DNA of 32,620 nt from Pedosphaera sp. (GTDB lineage Bacteria > Verrucomicrobiota > Verrucomicrobiia > Limisphaerales > SIBH01): contig JANOQV010000141.1 in NCBI GenBank assembly GCA_031414955.1, positions 1 through 32,620 on the forward strand. Reading direction: 5' to 3'. Below the pieces are notes generated by a model that saw nothing but the letters and a program-made list of their open reading frames with translations, made no database searches and had not been told where the DNA came from. This document shows, in pieces, positions 16,800-26,069 of the stretch. The first letter of the stretch is position 1. Each line of letters starts with the position of its first letter. The translations under genes and the position numbers were made by a program.

Positions 16800-17447
16800 T
16801 CACTTCGCCGGTTTGGGGATAAAAAGCTTCTTCCCAATTTGGAGCCGGTCCCAATCCACAGTCGGGTTGGCTTCCTTGATGGACTGCGCGGTGACCATGA
16901 CGCCTTCCTTCCGATGCTTTTGCACGATGATGGACAGGGCGTCGCCGGGCTTGATGATGTAATCGAATCCCAGTTGCGGCCCGTTGTTAGGCGGCGGCCG
17001 TGAACCGCCGCCAGGGTTGTCCGTTGATGGAGGAGGATCGCTCGGAGGATTGCGCGGTGGCCGTCCGGCGGTCGGCGGTGGCATGCTTAATATCCTCTCG
17101 AGGGAGCGGGCCAGCTTGTCCATCGCTTCCTGGATGCGCTTGTTGTCGGCAATGCGCGCCTCGTCCACCTTCAAAATCTGCTCCCGGAGCCGGCGGATGG
17201 ATTCCTGCGTCTCGGTGTTGTTGTTATTGCGTGCCGCGTCTTCGCGCAGCTTGCTGAGGTCGGAAGCGAGGACGTTGATCTGCTTCTGCTGCGCCGCCTG
17301 GCTGGTCTGAAATTCTTCGAGCGTGGCGGTGAGGCGCTTCATGCGCTCCTCGGCTTCCTGCTGGGTGGCGATGGTGATGGCGTCAGCGGCGCGAAGCACG
17401 GCCGTCAAGACGCAGAGCGAAGCGAGAAGAATAAGAGCACGATTCAT
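16800..17447 (-). CDS. Secreted coiled-coil + LysM peptidoglycan-binding protein
   Basis: Signal peptide, heptad coiled coil, Pro-rich linker, C-terminal YIIKPGDALS.I...NPTVDWDRLQIGKKLFIP. Start ATG 17447. Confidence 0.9.
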   Translation of the reverse strand: MNRALILLASLCVLTAVLRAADAITIATQQEAEERMKRLTATLEEFQTSQAAQQKQINVLASDLSKLREDAARNNNNTETQESIRRLREQILKVDEARIADNKRIQEAMDKLARSLERILSMPPPTAGRPPRNPPSDPPPSTDNPGGGSRPPPNNGPQLGFDYIIKPGDALSIIVQKHRKEGVMVTAQSIKEANPTVDWDRLQIGKKLFIPKPAK

Positions 17448-17455
17448 GGCGCTGG

Positions 17456-17483
17456 AAATTAAGAGACCCCGACGGGGCTTCAA
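17456..17483 (-). promoter_or_regulatory. Sigma70-like promoter, probably leaderless
   Basis: TTGAAG-16 bp-TAATTT-8 nt-ATG 17447. Confidence 0.55.
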
Positions 17484-17511
17484 AGTTCAAAATTGAAGAG
17501 ATGCTTCAAAG

Positions 17512-19044
17512 TTATTCGCCCGGAGCCGCCCCATGGCGCGACTGGCGACGTGGGCCGGTTCTCGGGCGCGGGGCCGCTGGTTCGCCTGCAAGGTGCGGCA
17601 GGTACGGCCCGAGGAAGCTGGGCTTGTCGTGCCGGCCACCGCGCCGGTAATCGCTCCAGAGCACGGGGGCGACTCGGACAGGATCGAGTCCGCGCTGCTG
17701 AGTCAGGAACGCGAAGAGGAGTTGCATCAAGCGCACCAGGGCAATGCTGTCGGTCCGGCCAACCTGGGTGTAAAGCCAGTCGCTGAAGGCCAGGAAGCCG
17801 GCGAACGGAGCGTCCGCCCACAGCAGCGGCGCGGTCTCGACGAAGTTGCCGCTGTTCCCTACCAGTTCCCAATACTTGGCGAAACGACGCAAGCGTTGCA
17901 TGTCCGCAAATGGGATAAGGCGGTTCTGCAAAATCTCGTAAGGCGGGCCGGCGCTGTAGGCCATGCCCCATGCCGTGTCGTGCCGCGAGATGGGCGTGCC
18001 GCGCAGCCGCTTGAGGATGCCGACCTGGATTTCTTGCGGCCCCAACGCGACCAACCGGTCGAAGCCCGCCGCGAAGCTCTCGAGGGTTTCGCCGGGCAGA
18101 CCCGCGATCAAATCGGCGTGGATGTGAACGCCGGTCTGGCCGCGCAGGTAACGGAAGTTATCCTCCAACCGCGCGTAGTTCTGCTTGCGTTGGATGAGCG
18201 CGCCGGTCTGCTCGTTGAAAGTCTGCACGCCGACCTCGAATTGCAGCGCGCCCGGCGGGAACTTGGCGATGACCTCGCGCAGAGCCTCCGGCAGCCGGTC
18301 CGGCACCATCTCGAAATGGAAGAACAGACCCGGCTGCCAGCGTTCGAGGAAAAACGTCAGCAGCGCGCGGCTCGTGTTCAGGTTCAGGTTGAAGGTGCGA
18401 TCCACGAACTTGAACTGCTTCACGCCGCGGTCGATCAGCCGTTGCAAGGCCTCGAACATTTTCTCCAGCGGAAACTGCCGTACCGGAATGTCGAGCGACG
18501 AAAGGCAAAACTCACAGGTGAACGGGCAGCCACGCGAGGCCTCCACGTAGATGATGCGGTGCGCGATGTCGTCGTCGTGGTAGAGATCGTAGGGCAGCAC
18601 GAGCCGGTTCACGTCCGGCAGTTCGGCGGGAATGATTTTGTCGGCGGGCTTTTCGCCCCGAAGCAACAAATCGCAGACGGCCGCGAACTTAAAGTCCGCC
18701 TCGCCTGTGATGACGTAATCGGCCAGCGCCACGATGGGCTGCGTCTCCCATTCGTAGCTCACTTCCGGCCCGCCGAGGATAATGATGATGTCCGGCCGAA
18801 GTCCTTTGATGGCGGAGACGACTTCCAAAGTCTCGGCCACGTTCCAGATGTAAACGCCGAAGCCAAGAATGCACGGTTCGCGGGCCAGCAACACCTCCAC
18901 GATGTCAAGCGGGCGCTGGTTGATGTCGAATTCGACGAGACAGGCGCGCGCCTGCAACGCGCCAAGGTTCGCCATCAGATAGCGCAGCCCGAAGGCGGCG
19001 TGAATGTACTTGGCGTTGAGCGTGGTGAGAACGATGTCCGGCAT
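17512..19044 (-). CDS. B12-binding radical SAM protein (DUF4080 type)
   Basis: [50 protein letters not shown] (CxxxCxxC), [11 protein letters not shown]. Start ATG 19044. Confidence 0.9.
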   Translation of the reverse strand: MPDIVLTTLNAKYIHAAFGLRYLMANLGALQARACLVEFDINQRPLDIVEVLLAREPCILGFGVYIWNVAETLEVVSAIKGLRPDIIIILGGPEVSYEWETQPIVALADYVITGEADFKFAAVCDLLLRGEKPADKIIPAELPDVNRLVLPYDLYHDDDIAHRIIYVEASRGCPFTCEFCLSSLDIPVRQFPLEKMFEALQRLIDRGVKQFKFVDRTFNLNLNTSRALLTFFLERWQPGLFFHFEMVPDRLPEALREVIAKFPPGALQFEVGVQTFNEQTGALIQRKQNYARLEDNFRYLRGQTGVHIHADLIAGLPGETLESFAAGFDRLVALGPQEIQVGILKRLRGTPISRHDTAWGMAYSAGPPYEILQNRLIPFADMQRLRRFAKYWELVGNSGNFVETAPLLWADAPFAGFLAFSDWLYTQVGRTDSIALVRLMQLLFAFLTQQRGLDPVRVAPVLWSDYRRGGRHDKPSFLGPYLPHLAGEPAAPRPRTGPRRQSRHGAAPGE

Positions 19045-19052
19045 CGGGGCGA

Positions 19053-19080
19053 AGGTTAGCGGGAATTCCCGGCGGCGCAA
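19053..19080 (-). promoter_or_regulatory. Sigma70-like promoter, probably leaderless
   Basis: TTGCGC-16 bp-TAACCT-8 nt-ATG 19044. Confidence 0.5.
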
Positions 19081-19227
19081 TGCGGAGGAAACGCGCGGAA
19101 GATTTGGAAGAACCATCGCAGGGCGAGCCTTCAACCTGGGTCAGCGCCGGAGACGCGGCAGAGAATAGCCCACCGCGCTGCGACTGAGTTTGAAAGCCTG
19201 GGAGCAGGAACGGGAACACAGCCGCCG

Positions 19228-19253
19228 TACTGATGACTGCTCACTGATTACTT
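19228..19253. repeat. 7-bp periodic short tandem repeat at the shc stop codon
   Basis: TACTGAT-GACTGCT-CACTGAT-TACT; includes the shc TGA on the minus strand. Confidence 0.5.
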
Positions 19254-21229
19254 CCCGCCCCACGCACCGCCTCGCCGATCGGCTCGCCGCGCAGCAGCTT
19301 GCGATAGGTGGCGAGGGCCAGCAGCGGCCAGGCGTTCCGGTACATGTCGTACTTGAGGTAGAAGACTTTCGGGAAGCCGGTGCCGGTGACTTCGTTTTCG
19401 GTCCACGAACCGTCGGCGTTCTGCGTGCGGGTCAGGTATTCGATGCCGCGCTGGACGCTGGCGCGGTTGGGGTCGCCGAAGGCGAGCAGGCCCATCACGG
19501 CCCAGGCAGTCTGCGAAGCGGTGCTGGGACCGCGCCCCTTGTAGACGGGATCATCGTAGGTATTGCAACGCTCGCCCCAGCCGCCATCGCTGTGCTGGAC
19601 GCTCTCCAGCCAGTCGCGCGCCTTGATCAGCCAGGGTTGCTGCATGTCCAGGCCCATCGCCCGCAAACCACGCGCAACCTGCCAGGTGCCGTAGATGTAA
19701 TTGACGCCCCAGCGGCCGTACCATGAGCCGTCGGACTCCTGCTGTTCGCGCACGTAGTCGAGCGCCTTCTGCACCTGCGAATGGTCCTGATCCCAGCCCT
19801 CGTAACCGAGCAGTTCGAGAATGCGCGCGGTGATGTCGGCGCACTCGGGGTCGAGCATGGCGTTGTGATCGGCGAAGGGAAATTTCTCCAGAATGCTTTT
19901 GGTGCAGTCTTTGTCGAAGGCCGCCCAGCCGCCGTCCTTGCACTGAAAGGTCATCATCCACTTCAGGCCGCGTTGGAAGCATTCATCGCGGCGCTTCGGA
20001 TCATCGGTGGGGATTTTGCGCAGCGCCAGGAGAACCATAGCCGTGTCGTCCACGTCCGGGTTCCATTTGTTATTGTACTCGAAGACCCAGCCGCTTGGCT
20101 CGACCTGGGCCGGGTTCTTGTACTTCCAGTCACCGCGAAAACGAATCTCGTGGTCCATGATCCAGGAACAGGCCTTCTTCATGGCCGGATGTTCGGCGGG
20201 CACGCCGGACTCGTGCAGGCAGATGGCGACGATGGCGCTGTCCCACACCGGCGAGAAACACGGCTCGACCCGCACGCTGTCCTCGGTCTCGTGCTGGAGG
20301 CGCTTGAGTTCGCGCTCGGCGCGGAGCACTTGCGGATGGTCATCGGCGTAGCCCAGCGCCTTGAGGGCGATCAGCGAATTCAGCATGGCCGGGAAAATCG
20401 CGCACAACCCGTCGGTGCCCTCGAAGCGTTCCAGCATCCACTGCTCGGCCTTTTTCAGGGCGAACTTGCGGAAGGGGCGGAGGTGATACTGCTCGACGAA
20501 CTTGAGCAACTGATCGAGCCAGAGGAAGAAGTTGCGGAAGGTGAACGTGTCGGGATCGGGCGCGGGCGCAAGATCGCGTTCGTGATAGCCCAAAGGATGC
20601 AATTCATTCAAATCCACCGCCACCTTCCGGGTGGGCTTGTAGTGGTTGATGATCGAGAGCGGCACGAGCATGGAGCGCGTCCAGTTGCTCATGTCGTGAA
20701 AGTTCACATGGAACCATTTGCCGATGAGAATGACCTCGCTCGGAATGGTCGGCACGTAATCCCACGGGAACAGGCCCAGCAGCGCGAGGTAGAGCTTGGA
20801 GAAGGTGTTCAGCCGTGGCACGCCGCCGAGGTTCTTGGCCATCTCGCGGGCACGCAACATGCGCGGGTCGGTCACAGGCACGCCGGCCAGCTTCAAGGCC
20901 AGATACGCCTTGATCGTAGCGTTCACTTCCGCCGGGCCGCCGGTGTAGATGTTCCAGCCGCCGTCCGGCAACTGCATGGAGAAGAGGTGATGGACGGCCT
21001 TCCGCTGCCACGCGGGGTCCATGTCACCGGCCCAGTGGTGGTAGGCCACCATGTCCGAGACCAGGGTGGAGTCCACCATCAGTTCCCCGACCCAGTAGCC
21101 TTCGGGCTTCTGGATGCCCAGCAAGTAATCCTGCGACCTCGCGATCGCGAGGTCGGCGGCGGAAACGGGTTTCGCGCTGAAAGAATCGGAAGCGCGCCCG
21201 CTCTGCTTGTAAGTTTGCGTCAGCAGCAC
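19241..21229 (-). CDS. shc: Squalene-hopene cyclase
   Basis: PDVDDTA (DxDD), QW repeats (Q.PDGGW, QCKDGGW, QESDGSW, QHSDGGWGE, QNADGSW), SPVWD, GTGFP..FYLKY. Start GTG 21229 is supported by a promoter-like motif. Confidence 0.97.
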   Translation of the reverse strand: MLLTQTYKQSGRASDSFSAKPVSAADLAIARSQDYLLGIQKPEGYWVGELMVDSTLVSDMVAYHHWAGDMDPAWQRKAVHHLFSMQLPDGGWNIYTGGPAEVNATIKAYLALKLAGVPVTDPRMLRAREMAKNLGGVPRLNTFSKLYLALLGLFPWDYVPTIPSEVILIGKWFHVNFHDMSNWTRSMLVPLSIINHYKPTRKVAVDLNELHPLGYHERDLAPAPDPDTFTFRNFFLWLDQLLKFVEQYHLRPFRKFALKKAEQWMLERFEGTDGLCAIFPAMLNSLIALKALGYADDHPQVLRAERELKRLQHETEDSVRVEPCFSPVWDSAIVAICLHESGVPAEHPAMKKACSWIMDHEIRFRGDWKYKNPAQVEPSGWVFEYNNKWNPDVDDTAMVLLALRKIPTDDPKRRDECFQRGLKWMMTFQCKDGGWAAFDKDCTKSILEKFPFADHNAMLDPECADITARILELLGYEGWDQDHSQVQKALDYVREQQESDGSWYGRWGVNYIYGTWQVARGLRAMGLDMQQPWLIKARDWLESVQHSDGGWGERCNTYDDPVYKGRGPSTASQTAWAVMGLLAFGDPNRASVQRGIEYLTRTQNADGSWTENEVTGTGFPKVFYLKYDMYRNAWPLLALATYRKLLRGEPIGEAVRGAGSNQ

Positions 21230-21281
21230 GGTGCGGACTTTGCGTGACCCGCGCGGAAACAGGCAAGAATGGAAATGGACG

Positions 21282-22271
21282 TTAAGCTCCGCCGAACCAG
21301 CGCCGCAAAAACTCCACCCCTCCGGCCAGGACGAACACTCCCAGGACCGCAACCGTCCCGCCCGCGAGCGAGCGCCGGCGCGGACGCTCCCCTTCCACGT
21401 AGCGCGAGAACGGGATGATCACGAGCGGAGTGAGCGCCACGATGGGCAGCACCACTCCGGATTTTTCCGTCATCAAAGCCCATTGATAAAAGCCCACCCC
21501 GAGGGCCGGGCCGGCGAGAGCGTTGGCCACAATCCAAGGACGGACCGCACGCGGCGGAAAGAAACCGGGGCTTGGGTCGGCGGGCGCAGGACTGGCGGCG
21601 GTTTTGCCCTTCAACTCCGCCGCGTCAGCCTCGGGTACCCGCCGCGCCTGTTTCCAGCCCCGCACCACCACCCAGCAGACCAGCGCCACCGCCAGGCCGG
21701 CGAGAATTCTTTGGTAGGCTGCCGTCAGGCCATCCACGGGCGTGCCGGCGTGCGCGTCCTGACGCGAAGCGTATCCGCTCAGCACCGCGCCCATCCCCTG
21801 CCCCACTGCGGCGACCACCCCGCAGAACACGCCGATCCAAAAGGTGCGGCGCGGAATGTCGAGGTGCTTACCGGGGGCCAGCGCCAGCGCCACGCCGGAG
21901 AGAATCAAGACCGCGCCGATGATTTCCCGGCCACTCATGCGCGTGCCGAGCCACCACCACTCGGTGGTCGCGGCACACGGCGCGGCCAGGCAATGGACGA
22001 GGAGAATGGACAGCCGCGAGCCAAGCCGGGGCAAGGCTTGATACAAGGCCAGGTCTCCCAGGCCGAATCCAAGCAAGCCGCTCCAGAGAAACCAGTGAAA
22101 GGCCCGCCCGGTGATCCCCTGCCCCCAGACGTGCGCCCAGAGAGCGAGGAGGAGCGTGGCCAGCAGGATGCGCCAGAAATTCGCCTCCACTCCACCCAGC
22201 GCTTTGGTGGTGCGTTGCGCGCAAACTGCGGAGAGCGAGAACAGAATTGTGGTCAAAAACGCCGGCAGCAT
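21282..22271 (-). CDS. DMT/EamA-family transporter
   Basis: About 10 TM helices in two EamA halves: SGLLGFGLGDLALYQAL.RLG.RL and SGVVLPIVALTPL..IP...EGERP. Start ATG 22271. Confidence 0.88.
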   Translation of the reverse strand: MLPAFLTTILFSLSAVCAQRTTKALGGVEANFWRILLATLLLALWAHVWGQGITGRAFHWFLWSGLLGFGLGDLALYQALPRLGSRLSILLVHCLAAPCAATTEWWWLGTRMSGREIIGAVLILSGVALALAPGKHLDIPRRTFWIGVFCGVVAAVGQGMGAVLSGYASRQDAHAGTPVDGLTAAYQRILAGLAVALVCWVVVRGWKQARRVPEADAAELKGKTAASPAPADPSPGFFPPRAVRPWIVANALAGPALGVGFYQWALMTEKSGVVLPIVALTPLVIIPFSRYVEGERPRRRSLAGGTVAVLGVFVLAGGVEFLRRWFGGA

Positions 22272-22485
22272 CGGCGCGTGTGTACGGGCAACGCGACGGC
22301 GGTGACAAGCCTCGAAGCAGAGGCGGGGATTGGAGGGGCGCTTCTTGAAACTGTTCTTCCTCCGATGCCGTGATGATGGCGTGCGGCGGGGCGCGCTGGG
22401 GACAGCGACGCCCGCCCGCCCGGCCCCGTTCGACAACAACCGTGTCCAGATGCGCCGCCCTTGTCGGTGCGCCGGGAATTTTCCG

Positions 22486-22514
22486 TTGGCGCGTTTCGAC
22501 ACCGAACGTATGGT
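22486..22514 (+). promoter_or_regulatory. Sigma70-like promoter, probably leaderless
   Basis: TTGGCG-17 bp-TATGGT-7 nt-ATG 22522; no Shine-Dalgarno. Confidence 0.6.
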
Positions 22515-22521
22515 GTCGCCC

Positions 22522-23313
22522 ATGATTTGCCGGCGCCTTTTACTGCCACTCCTGCTTGGCTTCGCCTCGTTCATGGCTTGCCCCGCAGGGCGGGCCGAGA
22601 CGATTTCCCTCCAGCCGGTGGCCGATACCACGCTCATTCAACTGGCGTTCGGGAACAACCTGGGCGGGGCGACCTACTTCAATGCCGGCTCCTCCGGCAA
22701 CGGTGGTTTTCTGAATCGTGCGCTCATTCGCTACGACTTGAGCTCCATCCCGGCTGGCTCGGTCATCACCAGTGTCAGCCTGACTTTTGATGTGATTCGC
22801 CAGGCCCAAAGCGGATCAGAGAATTCCTTCTTTAGTCTGCGCCGCCTGCTCCAGTCCTGGGGCGAAGGCGGGCAACTGGCGGAAAATGAAAGCAGCCCGG
22901 GCCTGGGTTCGCCCGCCGGGCCGGGCGAAGCCACCTGGAATTCGCGCTTCGCCGGGGGTGCAAACTGGTCGCAACCCGGGGGGGCCGAAGGCGTGGATTA
23001 TTCCGGGACCTTGAGCTCCACGGCTTGGAGCGCGGCCACGGGAGAGCAGATGTACTTCGGGCCAACCCCGGCCTTGATGGCCGACGTGCAATCCTGGGTG
23101 GGACAACCGGGATTCAACTTTGGTTGGATGCTGAGGACTGAGTCCGAGAGCCTCGAACGAACGGCGCGCATGTTCGCTTCGCGAGAGAGCGGCTTCGGCC
23201 CGACCTTGGTGATCGAGTTTAGTCCGGTGCCGGAACCGGACCTGTGGGCGCTGGCCGGCCTATCGGTGGTGAGTTTGCTGGCGGGACTCAGGGGGCGTCG
23301 TCCGCGGGCCTGA
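22522..23313 (+). CDS. DNRLRE-domain PEP-CTERM surface protein
   Basis: Signal peptide, LQPVADTTL, RALIRYDLSSIPAGSVITSVSL, WGEG...ATWNSR, NFGWML, FASRE...PTL; C-terminal VPEP + TM + RGRR. Confidence 0.88.
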   Translation: MICRRLLLPLLLGFASFMACPAGRAETISLQPVADTTLIQLAFGNNLGGATYFNAGSSGNGGFLNRALIRYDLSSIPAGSVITSVSLTFDVIRQAQSGSENSFFSLRRLLQSWGEGGQLAENESSPGLGSPAGPGEATWNSRFAGGANWSQPGGAEGVDYSGTLSSTAWSAATGEQMYFGPTPALMADVQSWVGQPGFNFGWMLRTESESLERTARMFASRESGFGPTLVIEFSPVPEPDLWALAGLSVVSLLAGLRGRRPRA

Positions 23314-23429
23314 CCGGATGGCCCAACAATTGCGAACTCTGGCGCGACATGAATTTTTATTCGGTTCCGCACAAAACTTGGATTGTCGCTTGAAAAATCT
23401 GAACCGAGATGAGACATCATCAAACTGTT

Positions 23430-26051
23430 ATGAAGCCTTTTAAACCCTTCGGGCAGGCTCTTTGCCTCTCGCTGTTGACCTTGGCCGCGTCTCCATCCGG
23501 CACCCGTGCCGCCGAGGCCAACCCAGCCCCGCCGGTCATTACTGTCACCCGGCTCACGAACGGACAGCCTCGGCTCGTGTTTCCCTATCCCGCCGCGCAG
23601 CAGTACAACGTGCTCAGTTCCGGGAGTGTAACCAATATTTCCACGCCTGATGTGGATTCAGGCAAGTTGCTGGGGCCGACCTTCATCATCACCAACGGCG
23701 GCGCGGCGCGTTTCTACCAGATTGGCGTCACGCCGATGAGCAGCAACGATCTCTTCGCAGCCACGGTGCTCAATCGATTGACCTACGGCCCGACGCCGGA
23801 TGACATCGATCACATTCGCACGGTAGGGCCGGAGCAGTTCATCGCCGAGCAACTGGCGGGTGAAGCCATTCTTGAATCCATCGATACCGACCCGCCGATC
23901 ACCAACACTCCGCCGGTCATCCCGCCGCCGAATCCGTTGACCAACTGGATTTACGTCACGGCTACGGGCACGGCGGGCGGAGCCAACTTTGGCATTTACC
24001 TGACGGGGGCGGGTTCGGTTTACCTCGACAACGTCTGGCTGGTTGCGGGCACCAACGCGGAGTCAGGACCGAATCTTCTGCTCAATGGCGACTTTGAAGA
24101 GCCGATCGTTTCGCCTTGGACCAACGGCTCGGCCATCCGCAGCTCGATCATCACCAACAGTCCAACCGTGGATGGCTTGGTGGCCTCGGGCACCAATTGC
24201 CTGCGCCTCACCGCCAGTGCCAATGCCTCGTCGCTCACGGCTGGATTCTGGCAGGCGTTCATGACCAACACGCCCGCTTCGACCCAGAAGTTCACCCTGA
24301 GCTTCAGTTACCTGCCGGTGCAGAATACCAACGCAGTCGATTTAGTTGCCCGCGTGTCCCAAGGCGGAGCCAGCGGCGGCACAACCGGGCGTGTGAGTCT
24401 CCCGACCTTGCCACCGGCACCGCCCACGCCGCCCACACCGCCGCCGACCATCGCCGCGACTTACGCCAAGCTGACCAACGCCGCCGCCACGCTGGATGAC
24501 CTGCGCGCGTGGCATGTCTTCCGCGCCATTCACAGCAAGCGTCAGTTGCAGGAAGTGCTCGCGCAGTTTTTCCAGAACCACCTCACTACCCAGTACCAAA
24601 AGACCGAGGATTACTTTGACAACAACTTCAACGTGGGGGTTTACACCAACGACGCCACCCGGCGTGCCGTGGCGCTCGACCTGCACTGGCGCGAACACAA
24701 GAACATCCGCGACGCCCTGATCAATCCAAACTGCAACTTCTACGATCTGCTCAAGGTCAGCATCGAGAGTCCCGCCATGATCATCTACCTGGACACCATC
24801 GTGAACTCCAAGGCCGCGCCCAATCAAAACTACGCCCGCGAGATTATGGAACTCAGCGCCATGGGCGCGGACAACGGGTACATCCAGCAGGACATCGTGG
24901 ACCTGGCCAAGGTCTGGACCGGCTGGCGCGTGGCCAAGAAGGATCCGACCAACGCGGCCTCGCCCTTCACGGTGGCCATCACGGGGAGCAACACCAACAT
25001 TGCCAACACGCCGGGCCTGTGGGTGCTGCACTTCAATTCCAGCGTGCATGACACCAACACCAAACGGCTCTTCACCAACGGTCCGATCGATGCGCGCTTT
25101 GGCGCGGAGTTCGGGGCCGGCCAGCCCTACGCGCTTTTCCTGAGCAACTCGCTCGCGACCGGCACGAATGGATTCGCCGAGGGCTACAAGGTGGCGCAAC
25201 ACCTCGCCGACCTTCCCTACACGATGGAGTTCGTGAGCGTGAAGCTCTGCCGCTTGTTCGTGCATGAGAACTTCGAGTTCGGAACTTACGATTTCACCGC
25301 GCCCAACCCCTCCCCGGAGGTCCAGTTGGTGAAGGCCTGCATGACGGCCTGGAACACGCCGGCGGGCGACGGCCGCAAGGGCCACATCCGTTCCGTGCTC
25401 AACACCATTTTCAGCTCGGCGCTTTTCCGGGGCCACGGCGCTTCGCAGCAAAAGACCAAGACCCCTTTGGAGTATTCGGTCAGCGCGATTCGGGCCTTGC
25501 GGGTCGTGATCACGGACTCCAGCAACTACGTCAGCTCCACCTCGGACAGCGACGGCTACGGCATCTCGGGCCGGAACGCCAACACCACCCCTCTGAGCCG
25601 CATGGGCGGGATGATGCTCTTCGACAAGCCGGAGCCGGACGGCTACTCGGAGTTTGGCCGCATCTGGCTCAACACCGCCAATCTCTGCGAGCGCATGCGC
25701 TATGCCCAGCACCTGCTCATGCCCACGACCAGCAGCATCAAGGACGATGACTATGGCACCACTGGAGTGGCCAACACCTCCGACCCCGTGAAGCTGCTCA
25801 AGCTGAAACTACCTGTGGCCAGCCAGACCAATGCGGCCGAAGTGGTGGACTATTTTCTCAGCCTGTTCTACCCCGGCGAGGGCGCGGGAAACCTGGGGCG
25901 GGATCGGCAGGCCGCCATCGACTTCATGAATCTCAATGAGTTGGGCACGGCCAACTCGGCGTTCAACCTTCTGACCGGTGCCGCCTACGACGGACGCGTG
26001 CGCAGCGTGGTCGGTTTCTTGATGAGCCTACCCCGTTTCCAGGAACAATAA
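23430..26051 (+). CDS. DUF1800-family secreted protein with an inserted CBM-like domain
   Basis: LNRLTYGPTP, SKRQLQEVLAQFFQNH, SPAMIIYLD...PNQNYAREIMEL..MG.D.GY.Q.D, KLCRLFV, KTKTPLE, LFDKPEPDGY...WLNT, LPRFQEQ. Start ATG 23430 (alternative 23409). Confidence 0.9.
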   Translation: MKPFKPFGQALCLSLLTLAASPSGTRAAEANPAPPVITVTRLTNGQPRLVFPYPAAQQYNVLSSGSVTNISTPDVDSGKLLGPTFIITNGGAARFYQIGVTPMSSNDLFAATVLNRLTYGPTPDDIDHIRTVGPEQFIAEQLAGEAILESIDTDPPITNTPPVIPPPNPLTNWIYVTATGTAGGANFGIYLTGAGSVYLDNVWLVAGTNAESGPNLLLNGDFEEPIVSPWTNGSAIRSSIITNSPTVDGLVASGTNCLRLTASANASSLTAGFWQAFMTNTPASTQKFTLSFSYLPVQNTNAVDLVARVSQGGASGGTTGRVSLPTLPPAPPTPPTPPPTIAATYAKLTNAAATLDDLRAWHVFRAIHSKRQLQEVLAQFFQNHLTTQYQKTEDYFDNNFNVGVYTNDATRRAVALDLHWREHKNIRDALINPNCNFYDLLKVSIESPAMIIYLDTIVNSKAAPNQNYAREIMELSAMGADNGYIQQDIVDLAKVWTGWRVAKKDPTNAASPFTVAITGSNTNIANTPGLWVLHFNSSVHDTNTKRLFTNGPIDARFGAEFGAGQPYALFLSNSLATGTNGFAEGYKVAQHLADLPYTMEFVSVKLCRLFVHENFEFGTYDFTAPNPSPEVQLVKACMTAWNTPAGDGRKGHIRSVLNTIFSSALFRGHGASQQKTKTPLEYSVSAIRALRVVITDSSNYVSSTSDSDGYGISGRNANTTPLSRMGGMMLFDKPEPDGYSEFGRIWLNTANLCERMRYAQHLLMPTTSSIKDDDYGTTGVANTSDPVKLLKLKLPVASQTNAAEVVDYFLSLFYPGEGAGNLGRDRQAAIDFMNLNELGTANSAFNLLTGAAYDGRVRSVVGFLMSLPRFQEQ

Positions 26052-26069
26052 TTTCAACCGGAGATCGCT

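Noticed and set aside
17512..19044. Naming the radical SAM hpnP or hpnR
   Set aside because: Its motifs fit the DUF4080 family, not the characterised hopanoid methylases.
12406..22271. Single halogenated-terpenoid gene cluster (shc, radical SAM, UbiA, halogenase, EamA)
   Set aside because: Most genes have their own promoter-like motifs, REP elements separate some of them, and an unrelated LysM gene intervenes.
21229..22637. N-terminal extensions in the ORF track for shc (to 21352), EamA (to 22637) and PEP-CTERM (from 22330)
   Set aside because: They overlap neighbouring genes, and promoter-like motifs point to the shorter starts.
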